Source of the DNA: Azolla caroliniana
Lineage: Eukaryota > Plantae > Polypodiophyta
DNA: 64,000 nt
NCBI GenBank assembly: GCA_043228905.1
Contig: JBHGNT010000008.1
Span: forward strand, 1,116,001 to 1,180,000
Direction: 5' to 3'
Every line of letters begins with the position of its first letter. Positions within the stretch are counted from its first letter, which is position 1. A program made the position numbers and the translations under genes. The notes under the pieces were generated by a model, which was given only the letters and a program-made list of their open reading frames with translations, made no database searches and was not told the DNA's origin. This document shows positions 1 through 12,810 of this stretch, piece by piece.

Positions 1-393
1 AGCACCGAGAATGTGGTATCAGAAGTTTGATACCTACAAGCTATGTTGGAATGTCTCCATCTGACAACTACAATAGATGCATGCAGTGCCGACCTATAAT
101 GCTCTATGTATTACTAGCCATTGGAAGACATTTATTTTGGCAACTCAACGCAGGACTGCACCATGGGCTAGTCAATTTTGGACCCATCTAGGGGTCACAT
201 CCGAACTCTTAGAAAAGTTTTGGTGGACATTATGGGCAAGGAAACATCATGGCATTGAGTTATCAAAGGCAAGACTCCTACGTGAAGAAATGATCTCTCT
301 TGCAGAGTACAATATACGAGAAATGGAGGTTGGGAATACACTTTCGTTCCATGCTCAAAGTCAAAGAGCTACCAAAAGTAAGGTTAATGATCA

Positions 394-657
394 CAAACTA
401 GAACAATGGCGTTGATAGTAAAAGCAATTATCCATATGGTTTCGATACCAAAGTTTGTATGGTGATAGTGATGTAGAAACAAATGATAAGTGTGTTACAT
501 ATAATCGTGTACCTACCATATTAAAAGCAAACTAGAACAATGGTGTTGATAGTAAAAGCAATGATCCATATGGTTTAGATACCAATGTTTGTATGGTGAT
601 AGTGATGTAGAAACAAATGATAAGAGTGTTACATATAATCGTGTACCTACCATATTA
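394..657. repeat. Tandem direct duplication, 2 copies of a ~134-bp unit
   Basis: CAAACTAGAACAATGG..GATAGTAAAAGCAA..GTACCTACCATATTA starts at 394 and again at 528 with few substitutions. Confidence 0.85.
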
Positions 658-3317
658 CATGATTGTTATGTCTATGGATGTGGGAAAAGCACAATCGTAA
701 TATATTTGAACCTCGAATGACACATTCATTTTGTTTTGTGGATGCATAAGTAATCAACATAATGTGTAAAATTTGAGACAGTGTCAATTTGTGCAGTTCT
801 TTATAGTATTTAGTTGAATTTTATTTATAGAGAATGCAAGTTTGTGAAGTAGTCATTTTGTGTCCACTTCATAGTTATTTCATATTGTTGTTTTTAATAT
901 CATTGTCAAATTATTGAAAGTTAACATATATTGCATGTCATTCATTATTGTAGGTGTATAGTTACACATGAACAAGAAGTTTTTTGTTTTATGAAGATGT
1001 TTGTGCTCTCCCATGGACATGTAATTTCCAATGTTATTTTCTTGTGTGTTTTTTATAGACATAAAAGTTGAACAATTTGCATTTTTTTGTATATTTGTAT
1101 GACATTGCGCATTATATATTTCTATATGTTTCTATTGTAATGCATTTTGCATGTTATCTGTCTAATGATGCTTTTTATTTGTATTTCCGATCACATCAGT
1201 CTAAAAGATGTTTTCCATGTTATTTTTTAATCAAAATTTGTAACTCTTTGGAAAGATTTTGAGTTAACGTATTTCTCAGTCCATACATTGTTGAACACAT
1301 TGTCCAATTGATGGAAAGATTAGAAAGAGGAAATTTACACAGTATCTTGATACCACATGATATATAGGGAACCTAGCAACTATATTTTCCAATAAATGTG
1401 GATGGAGAGAAATATTATATGTATAAGAAATTGTTTGTATAATACATAAAAAAGAAGGGAATGTGCCTATAGCTTTGTGGTTCAAATAGATGTGTCCACT
1501 TTCAATTCATGCATTATAGATCTTCCTAAATTGCATGCATCAATTCATAGCGTGTCGTTTTGCAATTGAATTATATGCTACATATTTAATGTTCTTTGGT
1601 GTGTCTAAATTAGTACTAAGTTGTTATAGATTGCGTGTTATGATCTAAGAAATGGCTAAGAATAGTATGTGTAATAGCATTCTATGAGCATCGGCGCATT
1701 TTTATATATTGACAATTATAAACACTTATTATCATTTGTGTGCACGTTTTGAATGCGTTTTAATATAACACACAACATTGTACATATTATCGGTTGGGAA
1801 TACTACATAACCAAATATTTTGTGGAATTCACATATTTTTTGCTATAGCCGTTTCTGCATCCACCGAATAAAAGAACACGTACATAGAAATTAGTTTGCA
1901 TATTAATTGTATATTGCTTTCATACTAGGTTTCCACTAAATATATTAGGGCCACTTTTGCACGTATCTTATGATAAGATATTGTGTATAACTTTATCCAT
2001 TTCTATGTGTCGCTAATGTAAGTTTTGTCATATGTATTCCCACAGTTATCTCACAATTCATTTAATTGTTTCGATGATTATTTATATATACAAAAGCAAT
2101 TTTTACATAACGCAGTACTGTAGACAAGTTTGGTATTGTTTGTTTCACAATGTGATTCATAACATCCATTTTTTAGGAGCAAAGTGTTCCAAAACTAAAC
2201 AGTGAAAATTTCATTATACTAATGCACACAATGTCTCGGTAACATTTCATTGAGGCAATGTTATTATTTATTGTGGGAAATGACTTGTAAGGCTCCTTTT
2301 TTAGTATGAAACTCTTAGAATGCATCCTCTCAAACTCACATAATATCTTCTCAAACGGAAAGGATGAAGAATTTCTCTCACTTACTATTGCGCCCTGTGT
2401 CTTGCGAGCATTTCTTTAAGGAAACGGTAATATGATAAAGAAATCACATTTATACATTTGATCTAGTAATTAATTTGTATGTATGTGTATGAACATACCT
2501 AAATACTACTTTGACATTGTTTTAGCATGCAACTATGGTGTTCTTTACCCAACCTCTCCCATGAGCTAACATGTGTACACCATATGTTTTGTGGCTCATG
2601 ACCACCAAGTGCACAATTTTAATGATTTTCTACATGGTTGGATTATATATCCGCAACCAACATTTTATTATTTTTTATGATGAGTTATCTCTGATCGTGG
2701 ATATTTGAGATTTTGAAATTGTGGGTGACGCCTTTGATAAACAAGCAAAATTCAACATGCCACAAACTCCCAATATCACCTCAATGAACATACCAAACAT
2801 CCAAACATAGCTCTTCAAAACATATTATAAAGTGTAAAATTATCAACATGTCGTATAATGTTGTTGATATTAAAAAGTTTCTCTTTTTAGTGGTAGTGCC
2901 TTGGCTACTTCTGAAAAGCTAGTCATGTATTAGAGCCTATAACATAAAACTGACTCCGGTCTTGACAATCTTTCTTAGATTTCTAAACCTATTTCATAAT
3001 GACTACATATTTCTCAAGAGTAAGAGGCAATGCATCACTTGTGCTTTGCACGTAATGTCTTGTTTATTCAATATATAGTGTATAGAGGCCATTGCCAATA
3101 TGTGACGCGGAAATCCAACAATCAAGGTAATTCATGTTGACCCCTTTGTCCTCATGCACCGTTGGTTCAATTGAAAAACCTCACTTATGAGATAGGCTTG
3201 AAGAATTGCCTGAGCCGAAGTTTGACAATAACAATATTTTAAAATATTGTAGTTATTATCCTTAATCATCACCTCAAACTATACAATCACCGTCAATTAT
3301 ACCCATTGTGGACACAA

Positions 3318-3324
3318 TATAAAA
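3318..3324 (+). promoter_or_regulatory. Putative TATA box of pectate lyase gene
   Basis: TATAAAA ~100 bp upstream of the ATG at 3418, followed by a CA-rich 5'UTR-like stretch. Confidence 0.5.
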
Positions 3325-3417
3325 GGGAGGCAAGTTATTCAAAGTAATCACACACATTATCACAGATATACAAGGTCACCTTGAATAAATCACACACACA
3401 TCACTCTTAATACAAGT

Positions 3418-6137
3418 ATGGCCAATCTTTTTAATAAGAAGGGAAAGGTGTTCTTGGTGCTTGTCCTACTAATATTGTTGTTTAATAGTATCATGTTAAC
3501 TACACATTTTAATGCTACCGCTGCATCCACGTACAACCGGTAATTATATTGTGATTAACATAATACAAGACAATTGAATATCTTAAATAAGTGTTGTGGA
3601 GTTTTGTTTCTAATTAAGATTACAATTCACTTAAGCATAAGAGCAAATAAGTTAATCTTCCTTTTATACATGAAAATCATAGAAATTTATGAGAACTAGA
3701 CAACATAATTAGATTCAAAGGATTTAGTAGGAAACATAACAATTCATGCAATATCCATATATCGAACCTTGTTTTTTTTGTTTGATTTGTAGGTAATACT
3801 AACCATACCTAGGAAATGTGAGGCACTGATACTCTAGTTGTGACTTTCTTTTATAATAACACATATACATAGACATACACACAATAGTCTCGATAGTGGA
3901 CTCAAGGATTAATTACACCATGTAATTTAGTTAGAGATGTGGTCATCTATAACAACCTAATAATGCAGCAAAAACTTAAAAGATAACAATGCCCTTTGCT
4001 TTAAGTTAAGCATTAATATGGCCATAACTTTAATTTCACAATGTAATGTACAAAACATCTCATTAAGTTGACAAAATGTGACATTATGGATACATATAAA
4101 GTGAAAATTGGATGATGTGGCAAAATGTTCTCTCATATCATACACCACATGAGAAATGATCGTGAAAGCTAAACTTATAGAATGGAATAGAATATGTATA
4201 CAATCTCTTCTGAAGATATACTATGGAGGTATATATTTAGGGTAATATTGTGATAGAGTAGGTAGAAAACAAGGAAGCTCATGGATATATATATATATAT
4301 ATATATATTTCCAAAAAAGAAGCTCTTGGATATTGCCAAAATATAGCCAATGGTTGAGCTAATGTAGTAGTGGAGCTTGTGTGAAAGCCTTAACTTGAAA
4401 TTGTAGAACAAGCTTTTCACATGGAAAAAGCCGAAACTTCCCAAAACTTACTTTCTTCCGAAAAAAGGCATGCTCATACCCAAATGGTTTTTTGGGGGTA
4501 AGAAAATGAAACTTTAGAAGTTCTCTAGTTTGGGAATATGTATACACATAGACGAGACCATTGACATCCTTCAAAGTTAGTAAGACACATAGAGAGCCAA
4601 TGCTGGCTCTAGTTGTATCCAACTAGTTTTTGGGAACCTCAATCACTCTATAGTTTGGGAAATGGGTGAGATTGTTAAGTTTGATATGGAACTCATAATA
4701 CTATGTGCAGGATTGATAAATGTTGGAGGGGAAGCAGCAATTGGGCGCAATCTCGGACGAAGCTAGCTGATTGTGCCATCGGCTTCGGTAGCAAGACGAC
4801 GGGCGGGAAAGGCGGGAACTACTACGTGGTCACCAATGACGATGACGATGATGAAAACCCCACGCCCGGGATGCTTCGCTATGGCGTGATTCAGAAGGAA
4901 GCCCTATGGATCTACTTTGCAAAGAGCATGACCATCACGCTCAAGTCGGAGCTCTTCATAGCGAACGACAAGACTCTCGATGGCCGGGGGGCCAATGTCC
5001 ACATCGCCGACGGGCCGTGCATTACGGTTCAAGAGGCGAGCAACGTGATCATACATGGGCTTCACATTCATGATTGCCGTGGCGGAGGCTCCGATGGCGA
5101 TGCCATACGCGTCTTCGCATCGAGCAATGTGTGGATCGACCACAACTCGCTCGCTTCTTGTGAAGATGGTCTCATCGATGTCAGCCATGCCTCGTCGCTC
5201 ATCACGATCTCCAACAATTACTTCTCCGATCATGACAAGGTCATGCTTCTCGGGCACAGCGACACCTATTCTGCCGACTCCGCCATGAAAGTCACCATTG
5301 CATTCAACCGCTTTGGTGCGGGCCTAGTCCAGCGTATGCCAAGGTAAACAACAATTCCTATACAGTTGTAGTACTAGGGTTTAACATCTTTCTTGGTTTG
5401 GATTTATGATCCTTCATTCTTAAATTTAGATGATTGTACAAATCTACCGAGTGTGCATGTCATGATGGAATGACTATAAATTTATATGTGAAGGTGTCGT
5501 TTCGGATACTTCCACGTTGTCAATAACCAATATGATGGATGGTCGAATTACGCAATCGGGGGGAGCGCCGCCCCGACAATTCTGAGTCAGGGAAACTACT
5601 TCCGGGCATCTACCAACCTTAAGGAGGTGAATAAATAAATACTCTAATCATAATGTATCTGGATTTAGATGAGATTTTCAACATCCACAAGTAGTTAAGC
5701 AACCCATTTTATGCTTAACCACATCATTCATTACTATGGAAAATTCTTGATTCCTCTTTGTAGCTTGAGACCACATTCATTACTATGAAAACATGTGTCA
5801 CTTGACTTCCAAAACACACCCTAATACATAAAATTCTAATGCCATTCATGCTTTCATTGTTTTAACTTTTAACACCCCAAGTACTGAGCTACTACTACTT
5901 GTGACATGCCCCGCGTGCCACGCACAGGTGACCAAGCGTGCCGATGCGACTACCTCGGTGTGGCAGAAGTGGAGGTGGAGATCCATCAACGACACTTTTG
6001 TCGATGGGGCCTACTTTGTTCAGTCGGGTACCGATTCCGATGACGACAACACAACATTGCAAGGTAATGGCAAGTTCGCCTCGTATATGACAGCATCAGC
6101 CGGAGCCCTCTCGTGCACCACGTCCTCAGTTTGTTAA
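3418..6137 (+). CDS. Secreted pectate lyase (polysaccharide lyase family 1), 4 exons: 3418-3539, 4711-5343, 5494-5626, 5928-6137; ~365 aa
   Basis: Exon 1 encodes a signal-peptide-like hydrophobic stretch ([12 protein letters not shown]). Spliced product has [70 protein letters not shown] and KEVTKR. All introns are GT-AG with compatible phases; total 1098 nt. Confidence 0.95.
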
Positions 6138-6144
6138 GCGAATG

Positions 6145-6169
6145 TTTAGGGTTTAGGGTTTAGGGTTTA
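6145..6169 (+). repeat. (TTTAGGG)3 plant telomere-type repeat just after the pectate lyase stop
   Basis: tttagggtttagggtttagggttta read directly. Confidence 0.85.
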
Positions 6170-7844
6170 CCCCTACACCCTCTCCCATCAATGAAATCTA
6201 TGTCCGTGTGGCCCTGACCCTCTAATGGCCCTCTGACTTGATGTAATTGTATGTACTTATCACAAAACACACCCAGTATTACTACAGTTATATAAGTTGG
6301 GGTAACCTATAGTTTGCTTCCACAAATTATGTTGCCAACAAACCAAACTCATAAAAGTATAGCTCTGCCATTTGCATAAAGGATGGAAAATAATTAAGAT
6401 ATCAAACCAGATTAAGTTTACTACTTTACAATGTCATAATCAATACATTTACATGTTGGATATGTTGCAAATAGTGCTCCTTGTGTCCCTTATCATTTCA
6501 ATTTGGTTTTCTAAAATAACCTTAAAACTTTGTAATGTCCCTATATAATGCTATGTATGATTTTTAAATATGTTACCTCCTTGAAATGGGCGTTCTTCAC
6601 ATCTTATTTTGAAATTGGGTTTCTCGTAAATCTCTTTTTTAAGCACATACCTAAGTTTCTAACTAGAAGCTAAAATTAAGCCAACCCAATCGTTCCATGA
6701 ATTTCTGTCAAAATAACAATAGGCACTCTTAAGGTCATCAAAACCCTTCTAAGGAGACCTACACCACTGTGGTTCTCTTCTTCATTAGTGGAGACTTTCA
6801 AACCACTTCTTGAGGATTATCTTCTTTCTCACCAAATTTGAGGCCACATTCATGGAGATCTAAAAAACGTCAATGGACCTTACTTAACAAGCTATTATCT
6901 TACAACCAATGTTATGGGAAACTTGAATACATGCATTTGAGTTTTGTCAAATTGCATGCATTATCTAATAGAACCCGACAAAGAAGTTAAATTAGCATGT
7001 TAGACTCTAACATGACATTAAGGTCGTCTTTCTTAATCACACCAAAATGAACTACCCTACACGAGGCTATTACCCATGTTGTGTGGGGCAAAACTTATTG
7101 TTCAAGTTTGATATGGGGGAAATATTTTACTCTATCACATTATCCTTGGTTCATTTGTTGATGCCTACCACCCCTTCCCTACTAGCCAATTATGCGCTCA
7201 CCCCTAATGAGGCAATGGATGTTGACAAAGTTCGGTTTAAATCCATAAAGACCATTCAAAGAAACATTGTTGTGCTGACAAACTTTTCTTGTTTCACAAT
7301 ATGTTTGGGCATATCATCCGTTTTTCACGTGAACAAGTTTTTGTGTGCAATGGTAAAACAACAATGTCAAACTATATACTGCACATAAATGTTAACATTG
7401 TGGGACTTTTCTAACAATAGGTCATACATGGAGCTTTATAAAATTTGGTATGTACATTGATAGTAGCTTTAGAATCCTACATTGTTCACTTTGAAGCTAT
7501 ATATTGATCTCTTGGATAGAGCTATTTAGGCCATATTAAACATTTCTTGTTCTCAATGTAATCTACATTTGTGAGGTTGTTCCCTCACCTTCCATTTGGA
7601 TAGTTGCCAACTCCAACCATTTTCTCTCATTTCCACGAACCTCTTTTGATTAATATTATTATGTGAGTTCCTAGTTGGTTGACACTCTAACAACTTTCAT
7701 TTCCTTTTAGTGGCCTCTCTTTTGGCTGATGTCTCTTCTACACCTATTTTGGGGAGCCATCTTAAGCCAATTACTAATCCAATCAATCTTGATTCCATAA
7801 TCCCTTTTTGGGTAGATGAACCTACTAGATTATTATTGGTAACG

Positions 7845-8035
7845 ATCTCGCCAATTACGTCAACATATTTAAACACACGATGACCAACTTGTTTGAAGGC
7901 TACATTGATAAGATAACTATGTTGTATCGAGGGGACATCCTACTTCTATAAGGGAAGGAAGAGAAACATAATAAACGTGTCTAGATTTTCCTTGTGAGAC
8001 TACATCAACTCAACCTTGATATGAAAATGTGAAGA
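7845..8035 (+). pseudogene. Highly degraded Ty3/Gypsy reverse-transcriptase fragment
   Basis: Manual translation LANYVNIFKHTMTNLFEGYIDKITMLYRGDILLL*GKEEKHNKRV*IFLVRLHQLNL resembles the Gypsy RT segment around the YxDD motif. Confidence 0.45.
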
Positions 8036-10042
8036 GCATGTGAAATCGATGAAATCTCAGTGTCTCCTTGCAAATTTCAAATAAATTATGTAATCTCCAC
8101 CAATAAACTATAAAATACAATTGAATAAAATGTGATTTTGATTTATTAAATTCCTAAAATTAGACCTTTGCATTACATTAAATGAAATAAAAATATGGCT
8201 TTATTAATTAAACATTAGTTGTCTTTGCGTGTTCTCATATTGTGCTCTTTTCTTGAGTTGTGTTCATGTGCTCCTTTCATGAGATAATTTTGTGAGGGGG
8301 GAGATTTTGTATGTTGAAGAATTTGGTAGATGAAGGGTGAGTTGTGGTGTGGAGATGTTGACATAGTGGGAGGGAGAGCGAAGACTAGTTATTGTAAGTC
8401 TAATGAGCACAAGGAGTGGTGCAAGACTTTTGAGCGTAGGGTACAAGATTGCACCCTAGTGACTTGGGTAGGGAGATTTGGATGAAGGTGAATTTGTACG
8501 AAGATGGAGAATCTGAAGATAGAAACAAGAAGGTAAAGATGGAGACGAAGTAAAAAATGCAAGCACAAGGCAATCACTTTTTGCCAAGAAACAACGAAAA
8601 AAGAACTCACTCTAATGAGCTCTTATATTTATAAAAAGAGGGGACACTTTGTTTAAGGTTGATTTGGTAAAGGAAATAATGTTGTCGAAACAAAATTCTT
8701 AAATTGTCATGATGTGAGGAGCGTAGATAAGGAAATGGGTTCACCTAAATTTATATATAAGGGATTGACGTATAGGGCATAAGAAGAGAGAGAAGGCCAT
8801 GAGACAATATGAAATAAAAAAAATAGAAATATATAGGTCAATCATCAAGAGCTTATTCTAGGAACGAAAATGTCCAAGGTTCACCAAGCGCTTGAGGAAA
8901 AGGGGTACATGCAGGTGAAAAACGAGGTGCATGCTAAAAAAAGAGACTTACTATTTTTATTTGCATGTCCTCCTAAGGCCTATAAAAGAGAGAGGAAAGC
9001 TAATTGCTAGGTGGAAAAATTTTGTATCAAGGCAGACGCACCACTAAAATCTCGAATGCCCTTAGAGTTGCAAATCAAGAGGGTGTTAGACATCATCGAC
9101 GACAAGAGGCAACAAAGCAACTGGTTTTCTAAACAAAAATCAAGGATATCCCTCCAAAGCTCTACCGTAAATCAAACATCCCTCACTCCTTTATCTATCT
9201 ACCCCTTCTAAGCCACTCCATGTAATGGAGTCGAGATAATCTTGTTGTATAAGTTGAATTAAACCTTTGATGTATTTTCTTTATACCCATATAAAGTTAA
9301 GTTTTGTATTTATATTATCTAGTGCTATTCATTATTGAGGATCATGTTCGATTTTTTGGCTAGTGATCTCGAGTTCAATGTGCGATGTTACATTATTTGT
9401 ATACATTTGCAAAAAGACGAGTTCTCAAATTATTGTCTTGCGAAACTCACACCATAATAGAAAAGAGCTCATTGCATGGTTTGTGCCAAATCTTTCGGAA
9501 TGGGATTTTGATCACCAGTTGAGAAGTTTGAGCCTTCTCCACCTCAAACTTTTCTCTTCATCAAACATTGTCCACGTCCAACCTTCTCCACATCGAACAT
9601 TCTCCTCATGGAGGCTTCTCCACCTTGAGCATTCTCCTATTCCAACATCTCCTCTAATGCAGGATAGGGAAATAAAATAACACTATAAGACTGTAGGCCT
9701 AATGTGCCACATAGATATATTTTCTTTAAGGCAAGAATCAAACCTTGAACCTATAAAGTTAGAAGTATTATATTTACCAAAAGGACAATTATTACTAAGT
9801 GTGATTTGTAGATATATCATATTTGCACAAAAATTATTAAGACAAACCTTTTGGGCATTGTGTCACGACACAATGAGTCCACATTGAACCAGATATCAAC
9901 AAGCAGACTGAAGTCCAATACAACAACTCGATTCTACAACCAATCCTCTATTGTTCAAGTCGTGGTGGTCCAACTCACCTTTCACATGCACAGGCGTAAC
10001 TTCGTGACAACATCCAAATTACTTGATTTGGTTATTTACATA

Positions 10043-10412
10043 TGTTAGGAATATGTCCCTCCTGTGGGAGGAGCCGATTGCTCGGTTGAGTTAGAGTCGA
10101 TTGTTGATGACAAGGAGTAGCCGACTGGTCGGGCTGAGAGCTGATAATCGATGAAAAGGAGAGTCGACTAAGAGAGTCGACAACATTGTATAAGTGATCC
10201 AAGTCGACGACACGATTGGCTAGTCAGGCCGACCAGATGGTTGACGACAAGGCCTATTAACTGTTACTGTTATTACTATAATAATCGGAATTATAGTAGT
10301 AGAGGCTACATTTGTAAATAGCCCATATGGTGTATAAGTATAAATACACTTAGGGCAAACTTAGTGTAGAACAAAATAGGTAGAATAAAGGAGAATAGAA
10401 GTAAGTGCATGT

Positions 10413-10453
<41 letters not shown>

Positions 10454-10621
10454 TGAGTGGCGCCATAGCTGAGTGAGGTTAGAAACCAAGAGCCCTGCGT
10501 GGCTGATACACTCTATGTAAACAAGTGTTGTATTCTAGTCCTCTTTTGTATTTGTTGTTTTCGCGTTCTGTCTGTACATTTCAACATATCTTCCGCATAG
10601 ATCTACGATTAGATCCCATCA
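10043..10621 (+). repeat. 5' LTR of Copia A
   Basis: TG...CA ends, PBS immediately after, similarity to 48430 onward; contains a (GA)n tract. Confidence 0.85.
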
Positions 10622-10649
10622 ATATGATATCAAAGCAACATGTGAAAAG

Positions 10650-12810
10650 ATGAAGGAGGTGTGTGTGGCTTCCCAGGAATGATGATCTTGAACTCACACA
10701 ATTATGCAAACTGGAAGATCAAAATGGAGGATATTCTCATTGTCAAAGATCTATATGAGCCCATCAACAGAAAACAAATACCCACGGGGGTATTAGAGTC
10801 CGAATGGAAACTCCTCAAGAGGAAGGTAGTGGCCACCATCAGACATTGCGTAGATGTCAGTGTCCTTCAGCATGTGACGAATGACGCAAATGCCTTTGAG
10901 ATGTGGCACAAGTTGTTAGGGTTGTACAAGAGGAAGAATGCCTTGAACAAGACATCTTTGATGAGGATGATCGTACGAATGAAGTACAGGGACGGAGAAA
11001 GCATAGTCGAGCACATCAACAAACTCAGGGAGTATGTGAACCAACTTGTGGCAGCCAAGTTTCCCCTTGATGATGCTATGCAGGCTCTATTATTGATGTG
11101 TACCCTACTGGATATCTGGGAGAACTTGGTGGTGGCTCTCAGCAGTTCGTGTCAAGAAGAGAACTTGTCTCTACAAGTGGTAAAGACAAGCATCTTGAAT
11201 GAGGAGACTAGAAGGGAGGACACGGGTGTCCTATCCCAATCGGAGTCAAATATGGCTCAACATCCCCATAGAGGAAGGAACAGAAAAGTCCCAAGCGAAG
11301 TCCAAGTCTAGAGGCAAGCTCACATGTTTCTATTGAGGAAAACATAGACACTTCCAGAAGGATTGTTGACACCTGAAGAAGGAAAAATGTGTCTCAAAGG
11401 ATGTCGAACCCAGAAAGATTTATGAGGAGAAGAGCACATTCGCGGTAGCTACAAGTGAAGAGGAGTGCTTGTTCACTTGTGAGGAGGCAAGCACAAATCT
11501 TGCAAGTGAAGAGTGTACCTAGGTAATCGACTCGGGTGCATCTTTCCATATAACCCCATCTAGAGAGTGTTTCTTGACTTACACAACCGGGGATCATGGC
11601 TATGTAAAGATGGGAGATAATGGGGAATGCAAGATAGTTTGTGTCGGAAATGTGTGTCTAACAACATCAATCAGTTGTCGGCTAATCCTGAACGATGTTC
11701 GACACGTGCCCGATATCAGATTAAATCTGATATCGACTAGAAGGATGGACGAAGAAGGCTATAGTGGTAGCTTTCAAAATGGAAAATGGAAGTTTTGTCA
11801 GGGAAACCTCATAGTGTCTTGAGCACAGAAGTAGGGCACTTTGTACATGATGCATGCTCGATTGTGCAAGTTGGAAGCTAATGTGGCAGCCGACTCAAGT
11901 GGAGAGTTATGGCATAAGAGACTCAGTCACATGAGTGAAAAGGGAATGCACATCCTGGCTGATCAGGAACTTCTCCCAGAAGTGAAAGGAATGCTCTTGG
12001 AGAAGTGTGTCAACTGCTTAGTCGAAAAGCAAAATAGAGCTCCATTCCACACAAGACCACCAAGGAGAATAGAAGCTGCATTGGAACTAGTACACACAGA
12101 CATGTGTTGTGTAGATGATCCATTGCATCGAGGTGGACAATACTTTGTAACTTTCATTGAAGACTACAGTAGAAAGTTGTGGGTTTTCGTGCTTAAGTCG
12201 AAAGATCAAGTACTGTCGGTATTTAAGGAGTTCCAAGCAAGATCTAAAAGAGAGCCGGGTCGGAAGTTGAAGGCTGTCCGAACGGACAATGGTGGCAAAT
12301 ATAGAGGGCAGTTTGAATAATATTGTAAGACCCACGGTATTCGAATTAAATACACAATACTTAAGACCCTTGAGCTGAACGGGATTGTAGAGAGGATGAA
12401 TGAATGATTATGGAGAGAGTAAGGAGCATGATGTTGCATGCTAAGTTGCCGAAATCGTATTGGGTTGAGGCGATGTATACAATTATTTATCTAATCAATA
12501 GGTCTCTGTTAGTGCCATTGAAGGGTGATGTCCCACAAAGGGTTTGGATAGGAAAAGGTCTCCTACCGACACCTAAGGGTGTTCGAATGTCTGGTATATA
12601 TGCATGTGGCCAAGGATTAGAGATCGAAGCTCGACAATAAGTCGAAACCATTCATATTCCTGGGGTATTCAGATGATGAGTTTGGCTACAAGTTGTGGGA
12701 CTTATTCGACAACAAGGTAGTGAGAAGTCAGAACATATTCTTCGTGGCAGACAAGACAATAGACGACTGGAAGCAACAGAAGTCGGAATCGACTTCCCAG
12801 TCGACTCCCA
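10650..12810 (+). pseudogene. Copia A gag-protease-integrase, with stops and frameshifts
   Basis: LNSHNYANWKIKME (gag), IDSGASFH (protease), LWHKRLSH, LELVHTD, RTDNGG and ERVRSM (integrase). Confidence 0.9.

Noticed and set aside
77-415. 112-aa ORF at the window start
   Set aside because: No recognisable motif; may be the tail of an element outside the window.
6850-7400. Possible degraded Gypsy integrase on the minus strand
   Set aside because: Only faint motif resemblance by eye; too decayed to support.
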